Below, one piece after another: positions 59,778 to 64,000 of a stretch of 64,000 bases of DNA. Origin of the DNA: Candidatus Latescibacterota bacterium (GTDB lineage: Bacteria; Latescibacterota; UBA2968; UBA8231); NCBI GenBank assembly GCA_965206595.1, contig OZ242214.1, positions 1,920,001-1,984,000 on the forward strand, given 5' to 3'. The notes beneath the pieces are model-generated. The model saw only the letters and a list, made by a program, of their open reading frames with translations. It ran no database searches and was not told where the DNA came from. How positions within the stretch are numbered: the first letter of the stretch is position 1; each line of letters opens with the position of its first letter. The position numbers and the translations under genes were made by a program.

Positions 59778-60482
59778 TCAACCCCCTTTGGAAAGATGGT
59801 AGACGATCAGGTCTGTCGCCTCTCCGGCGCTCATGCGGCCGGTGTTGATCGTCAGGTGGTAGAGCAGGAGATCGTCCCAGTCGGCGTCGTGGTGGTTCCT
59901 GAGGTACAGCTTGCGCCAGCGATCGTGCTGTTCGACCAGCTCCTTCGCCTGATCGAAGCTGACATTACGCGATTGCATCAGGCGCTCGCATCTGACCTCG
60001 AGCGGGGCGATGATCTTCACGTGCACGGCCTTGTCGCGGCCCGAAAGAATCAACTGGCTGGCGCGGCCGACGATCACCGCCTTGCCCGCTTCGCCGTAGT
60101 CCTGGATCAGGGTGGTAATCAGGAGCTGGTAGGTACCGCGATCAAGGTAGGCGGCCTGTTCGCCTCCCTCCCTCTCGAGAACGTACGGGAATTCGAGCCC
60201 GAACTCGGGAAAATAGGCTGCCGACGAAAGCGGGAAACCACCCGGACTCATTTCGGGAACGAGCAGTCGCTTCAGGAAATAGCGCACCCTGCCCTCTCCC
60301 TTTTCGTCGTACTTCTCCACCTCCTCGACCGAGGTGTCGGTTATGCTGGCAATCTCCTCGACGAGCCGGCGATCGACATACTCGTAACCGAGGGCCTTGG
60401 CGACGTTCTCGGCGATGCGATCTCCCTCGCTGCCGAGCTGCCGGGAGACGGTGACTACATCCAGTTCCACGTCGAATCCCAT
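59778..60482 (-). CDS. Cytidylate kinase-like family protein
   Basis: VTVSRQLGSEG, VIVGR, DRWRKLY, YHLTINT. Confidence 0.85.
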   Translation of the reverse strand: MGFDVELDVVTVSRQLGSEGDRIAENVAKALGYEYVDRRLVEEIASITDTSVEEVEKYDEKGEGRVRYFLKRLLVPEMSPGGFPLSSAAYFPEFGLEFPYVLEREGGEQAAYLDRGTYQLLITTLIQDYGEAGKAVIVGRASQLILSGRDKAVHVKIIAPLEVRCERLMQSRNVSFDQAKELVEQHDRWRKLYLRNHHDADWDDLLLYHLTINTGRMSAGEATDLIVYHLSKGG

Positions 60483-60677
60483 CCTGTTCCGGTCGCTGTC
60501 AAACTAACCAATCCCCCTGCCAGTGGCAACAAATCGAAGCGTCCCGAAGCGGTGAGAAACAAGCGCCGTGGAAAAAATATAGGATAGTGGTTATCTTTAT
60601 ACGAGTGTTGCAGTTACGGCAATTCCAGGGGTGGAAAATCCCTCCCTTGGAGCCCCCGGAAACCCGCGCAATCGACA

Positions 60678-61955
60678 TTGCCCAGAAGCGCCCTCCGTAT
60701 CCTCGTAGCCGTTCAGAACCCCGCAACTGAAGAGGCTCTTGTGCGCCTGGCAGCGACCCTCGCCTCGCTGCCGGGAGGACAGCTGTATCTGACCCATGTC
60801 ATGCGGTCGAACGGCACCAGCGAGGCCGAGCGCAACCGGACACTGTCGCGGGCAGCATCAGTGGCAAGGGAAACGGGGGCAGATGCGGAGCCCCACCTGC
60901 TGAAGGGCAAAGACGTCACCCAGGTCATCAGTTCGGCGGCCAGAAGCTGGGAATGCAACATGATGGTCATGGGCTGGTACGGGGATGTGAATCGCGAGGC
61001 CGTTCTTTCTTCCGACAACCGAGCCCTGGCAAAATCCGTCGACCTCGACACGCTGATCTTCAAGGAGAAGAGCTTCCGCCCCGCGCGCAAGATCATCGTT
61101 CCGACCGGGGGCGGCAGCCACTCACTCATGGGGCTGCAGATCGCCGCGGACCTCGCCCAGGCGTGGGGATCGGAACTGCGCGTGCTGCGGGTGGCTCGCG
61201 ACCGTGAATGCCGGCCGCGAGATCCGATTCTGGAGCGCTACTGCAGCCAGGTGTACGCCGACACCGAGCTGCGGCTGAAGCTGCTCGGAATCGAGGCCGA
61301 CATCGACGTCGTGCCTTCCGTCGACATAGTGGAACCGATCATCGAACGCACCCGCAAAGACGACTTCCTCGTTCTCGGGGCTTCCAACGACTGGCGGCAG
61401 GAGGAGTTTCTGGCCGGCTCGATTCCGGATGAGATCGCCTTTGAATCCCCTTGTTCGGTTCTTATGGTGAGGTCGAGGTCAACCGAAAACAACAGGTTGA
61501 GCGGGATCTTTTTCGAAAACACCATCCGCCTTCAGCTGCAAACCCGGGACAAATGGAACGCCATCGGACAGATGGTCGATGTTCTTGTGGAGGAGAGACA
61601 GATCCCCGCCTCACAGCGCGACCACGTCCTCGGTTCGGCGTTGCATCGCGAACGCAAGAGCAGCACCGCCATGGGGAGGGAGACCGCGATCCCCCATGCG
61701 GCGATCGAGAACCTCCCCAGCATCATCGGCGCCCTCGGAATCTGCCGCGAAGGCGTCGACTTCGACGGACTGGACGGCGAACCGGTGCGCTACATCTTTC
61801 TACTCCTCACTCCGAGGCAGAACTACCGCAGCTACATCCCCGTGCTCGCCCAGATCGCCTCGCTGATGCGGGGAGAGGATACCCGTTCCATGCTTCTCGA
61901 CTGCCGCACCCCCGCCGAGCTCACCGCCCTCCTGAAGCGACGGGAATCGGGCTGA
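60678..61955 (+). CDS. Tandem universal stress protein domains fused to PTS EIIA
   Basis: ILVAVQNP, IIVPTGGG, LAGSIPDEIA..PCSVLMV; C-terminal RERKSSTAMG..AIPHA..GVDFDGLDGEPV. Confidence 0.85.
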   Translation: MPRSALRILVAVQNPATEEALVRLAATLASLPGGQLYLTHVMRSNGTSEAERNRTLSRAASVARETGADAEPHLLKGKDVTQVISSAARSWECNMMVMGWYGDVNREAVLSSDNRALAKSVDLDTLIFKEKSFRPARKIIVPTGGGSHSLMGLQIAADLAQAWGSELRVLRVARDRECRPRDPILERYCSQVYADTELRLKLLGIEADIDVVPSVDIVEPIIERTRKDDFLVLGASNDWRQEEFLAGSIPDEIAFESPCSVLMVRSRSTENNRLSGIFFENTIRLQLQTRDKWNAIGQMVDVLVEERQIPASQRDHVLGSALHRERKSSTAMGRETAIPHAAIENLPSIIGALGICREGVDFDGLDGEPVRYIFLLLTPRQNYRSYIPVLAQIASLMRGEDTRSMLLDCRTPAELTALLKRRESG

Positions 61956-62041
61956 GAGCCGCTGGAAAACCCCTTTTCCCCGCCCCTCGGCGCCCCTGAA
62001 GAGCATTTCCTTCAAGGGCCCCCCAACCTGCCCTCCAGGCA

Positions 62042-62989
62042 TTGAAGAGCCGGCACTATAGCTCCCACCCCGCCGCAGCCGCGGTCGATCTGGGAACCAA
62101 TACCATTCTGATGGTTGCGGGCAGGAGGCGGTCGCCACGCCCTGGAGACCTCGAGATCCTCGACGACGCTCATGCCATCGCGCGGCTCGGACAGGGGGTC
62201 GATGCCGAGCGTCGCATTCAACCCGAGGCGATCGATCGCGTCTGCGATTGCCTGCTGCGCTACCGTGACAGGGCGGCCGGCCTCGGCGCGACCTGGATAC
62301 GGGCCTACGGGACCTCGGCGCTGCGCGATGCCTCCAACAAGAGGGAGCTGATCGCCGCAGTGGTCGAGAGAACCGGGGTCGAACTCGTCGAGCTCTCCGG
62401 GGAGGAGGAGGCCCGCCTGACCTTCACGGGGGCGGCCTTCGGACTGGATCTTCCGGAGCGCTACGGAGTCGTCGACATCGGCGGAGGTTCTACCGAACTG
62501 GCCCTGGGCAAGGGTGACGGCACGGTGGAACAATCGATCTCCGTCGATGTGGGCGCCGTCCGCGTCAGCGAGCGGCTCTTTCCCTCCCTGCCCCCCTCGC
62601 CGGGGCAGGTCTGGAAAGCCCAAGAGATGATTGCCAGTGTGATGGCAAACCTCTTCGATGTCCCCTCCGGGATCCCGGTCGTCGGAGTGGCCGGAACCGT
62701 AACGACTCTCGGGGCGCTCGACCGGAGGATCGAGCGCTTCGACTCCGCGGAGCTCGACGGCCAGGTTCTCGCGCGTCCACGCGTGGTGGAGCTGAGCGAC
62801 ATGCTTCTCGGGTTGAACCTCGAACAAATACGGGCCCTTCCTCAGGTGAGTGATCAGCGGGCTGACATAATCACCGCGGGCTCGCTCATCCTGCGCCGCT
62901 TCCTGGAACAGTTCGGCCTGCCATCGGTCACTGTATCGACCAAGGGAATTCGCTACGGACTGCTGCAGCAGATGCTTGCCGGGGAATAG
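62042..62989 (+). CDS. Ppx/GppA family phosphatase
   Basis: VDLGTNT, ARLGQG, GTSALRDASN, SGEEEA, DIGGGSTE, RADII. Confidence 0.92.
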   Translation: MKSRHYSSHPAAAAVDLGTNTILMVAGRRRSPRPGDLEILDDAHAIARLGQGVDAERRIQPEAIDRVCDCLLRYRDRAAGLGATWIRAYGTSALRDASNKRELIAAVVERTGVELVELSGEEEARLTFTGAAFGLDLPERYGVVDIGGGSTELALGKGDGTVEQSISVDVGAVRVSERLFPSLPPSPGQVWKAQEMIASVMANLFDVPSGIPVVGVAGTVTTLGALDRRIERFDSAELDGQVLARPRVVELSDMLLGLNLEQIRALPQVSDQRADIITAGSLILRRFLEQFGLPSVTVSTKGIRYGLLQQMLAGE

Positions 62990-63060
62990 CAGAGGGACGG
63001 AAGTCGCCTCAAGACGTGCCGGAAAGAAGGCGGTTCTTGCGTCGATTCTCCCGGGTGGGA

Positions 63061-64000
63061 TCACCTGGACAGGCTGGGCCGTTTCTCCATATCCGACACC
63101 CCGGGGGTATCAGGGCCTCCCCCCGGCTTGGATGCAACGCAGCCCGCTTCTACACCCCATCGGTAGGGGCGGCCCTTCCAGTCGAAGCTGCCCAGCGCCC
63201 CGAACAGGCCAACGGCGACGATGTAGAGGGGATGACTCAGGGTCCAGGGCAGAAACTGCCAGTGGAGATCCCGGCGCTGGAATACCTGCCTGGCGCGGGC
63301 GAACAGCGCTCCTTCAGCGGCGCTCTTCGCGAGCCAGGCAGCCGCGACGGAGAACCAGCTGACGGTCCCCCACCAGGCGAGAACGGGTGTCGCCAGGAGC
63401 ATTGCACTCATGGCGAAGGTGCAGACCAGGTAGGCGAAGAAGGGCGGGTCGAGCAAGGCTTGGCAGGGAGCGTTCGAAGCCCAGCGGCTGCGTTTGGCGA
63501 GAAGCCCCGAAAGGGATGGGGAGGGGGGGTGGGCAACGTGCCCGTCGGCATCTCCCGCAAACAGAATACGCCACCGCCGCGTGCGCCGGATGAGCTGCAT
63601 CAGGAGTACGTCGTCGCCCGAACCCCTGTGCATGATGCGGCCGTATCCGCCGACCTCATCGTACGCCGCCTTGCGAAAGCCGAGACTCTGCCCCGACGCG
63701 GCCAGTGCCCGCCCGCGACCGGCGCCGGCCGCGGCCGAGGCCATCAGGTTGAGGAAATCGACCGCCTCCCAACCTCCGAGAGCTCCCAACCGACCGTTGT
63801 CCAAGCGTATCCCGGAGTAGCCGATGACCACGCCGACAGTGTCCTCGTCGAAGCGGAGCGCCATGGAGGACCCCCAGCTGGGAGGCAGGCGGCAGTCGGC
63901 GTCGGTGGTCAGGACAACCTCCCCTGCCGCCTTCTCGACGCCGAGCGACAGGGCCCTCTTCTTCGATCCCGCCCGCCCAGGAAACCCGGAAGTCTCGAGA
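63061..64000 (-). CDS. GT2 glycosyltransferase (5' part outside the window)
   Basis: KKRAL..TTDADC, YDEVGGY, SGDD, KRSRWAS, C-terminal TMs. Confidence 0.85.
   Translation of the reverse strand, partial: LETSGFPGRAGSKKRALSLGVEKAAGEVVLTTDADCRLPPSWGSSMALRFDEDTVGVVIGYSGIRLDNGRLGALGGWEAVDFLNLMASAAAGAGRGRALAASGQSLGFRKAAYDEVGGYGRIMHRGSGDDVLLMQLIRRTRRWRILFAGDADGHVAHPPSPSLSGLLAKRSRWASNAPCQALLDPPFFAYLVCTFAMSAMLLATPVLAWWGTVSWFSVAAAWLAKSAAEGALFARARQVFQRRDLHWQFLPWTLSHPLYIVAVGLFGALGSFDWKGRPYRWGVEAGCVASKPGGGPDTPGVSDMEKRPSLSR

Noticed and set aside
1-64000. Numerous long overlapping or antisense ORFs in the six-frame track
   Set aside because: Expected shadows of real genes at high GC; no recognisable motifs

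Overview
GC-rich bacterial chromosome segment. The short SigA lacking region 1.1 and the gene context suggest an FCB-group lineage such as Latescibacterota/Gemmatimonadota, but this is inference only. Most of the window is housekeeping or metabolic: argG with tandem ARG boxes, mdh, tRNA-Tyr, lepA-lepB-hemW-thrB-wzz, rpsT, tRNA-Asn, sigA, dxr, rny, sod, iscU-like and ppx. Accessory content falls into three groups. (i) An uncharacterised envelope module at 2.5-6.7 kb: a translationally coupled lectin-like membrane protein / MotA-TolQ-ExbB channel / atypical ExbD-like trio, converging on two coiled-coil proteins. (ii) A 6.4-kb IS pile-up between lepA and rpsT: an IS1380 nested in another IS1380 with both target duplications visible, two decayed IS3 elements and a 90-bp MITE. 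(iii) A sulfur-carrier cysteine cluster (cysM-like, JAMM/Mec, ThiS/CysO ending GG-CDT, cysK) whose upstream palindrome has been split by an IS3-like element. An intact IS3 also sits in a pentapeptide-repeat pseudogene. No CRISPR array or rRNA was seen. All family calls come from reading motifs by eye, not from database searches.
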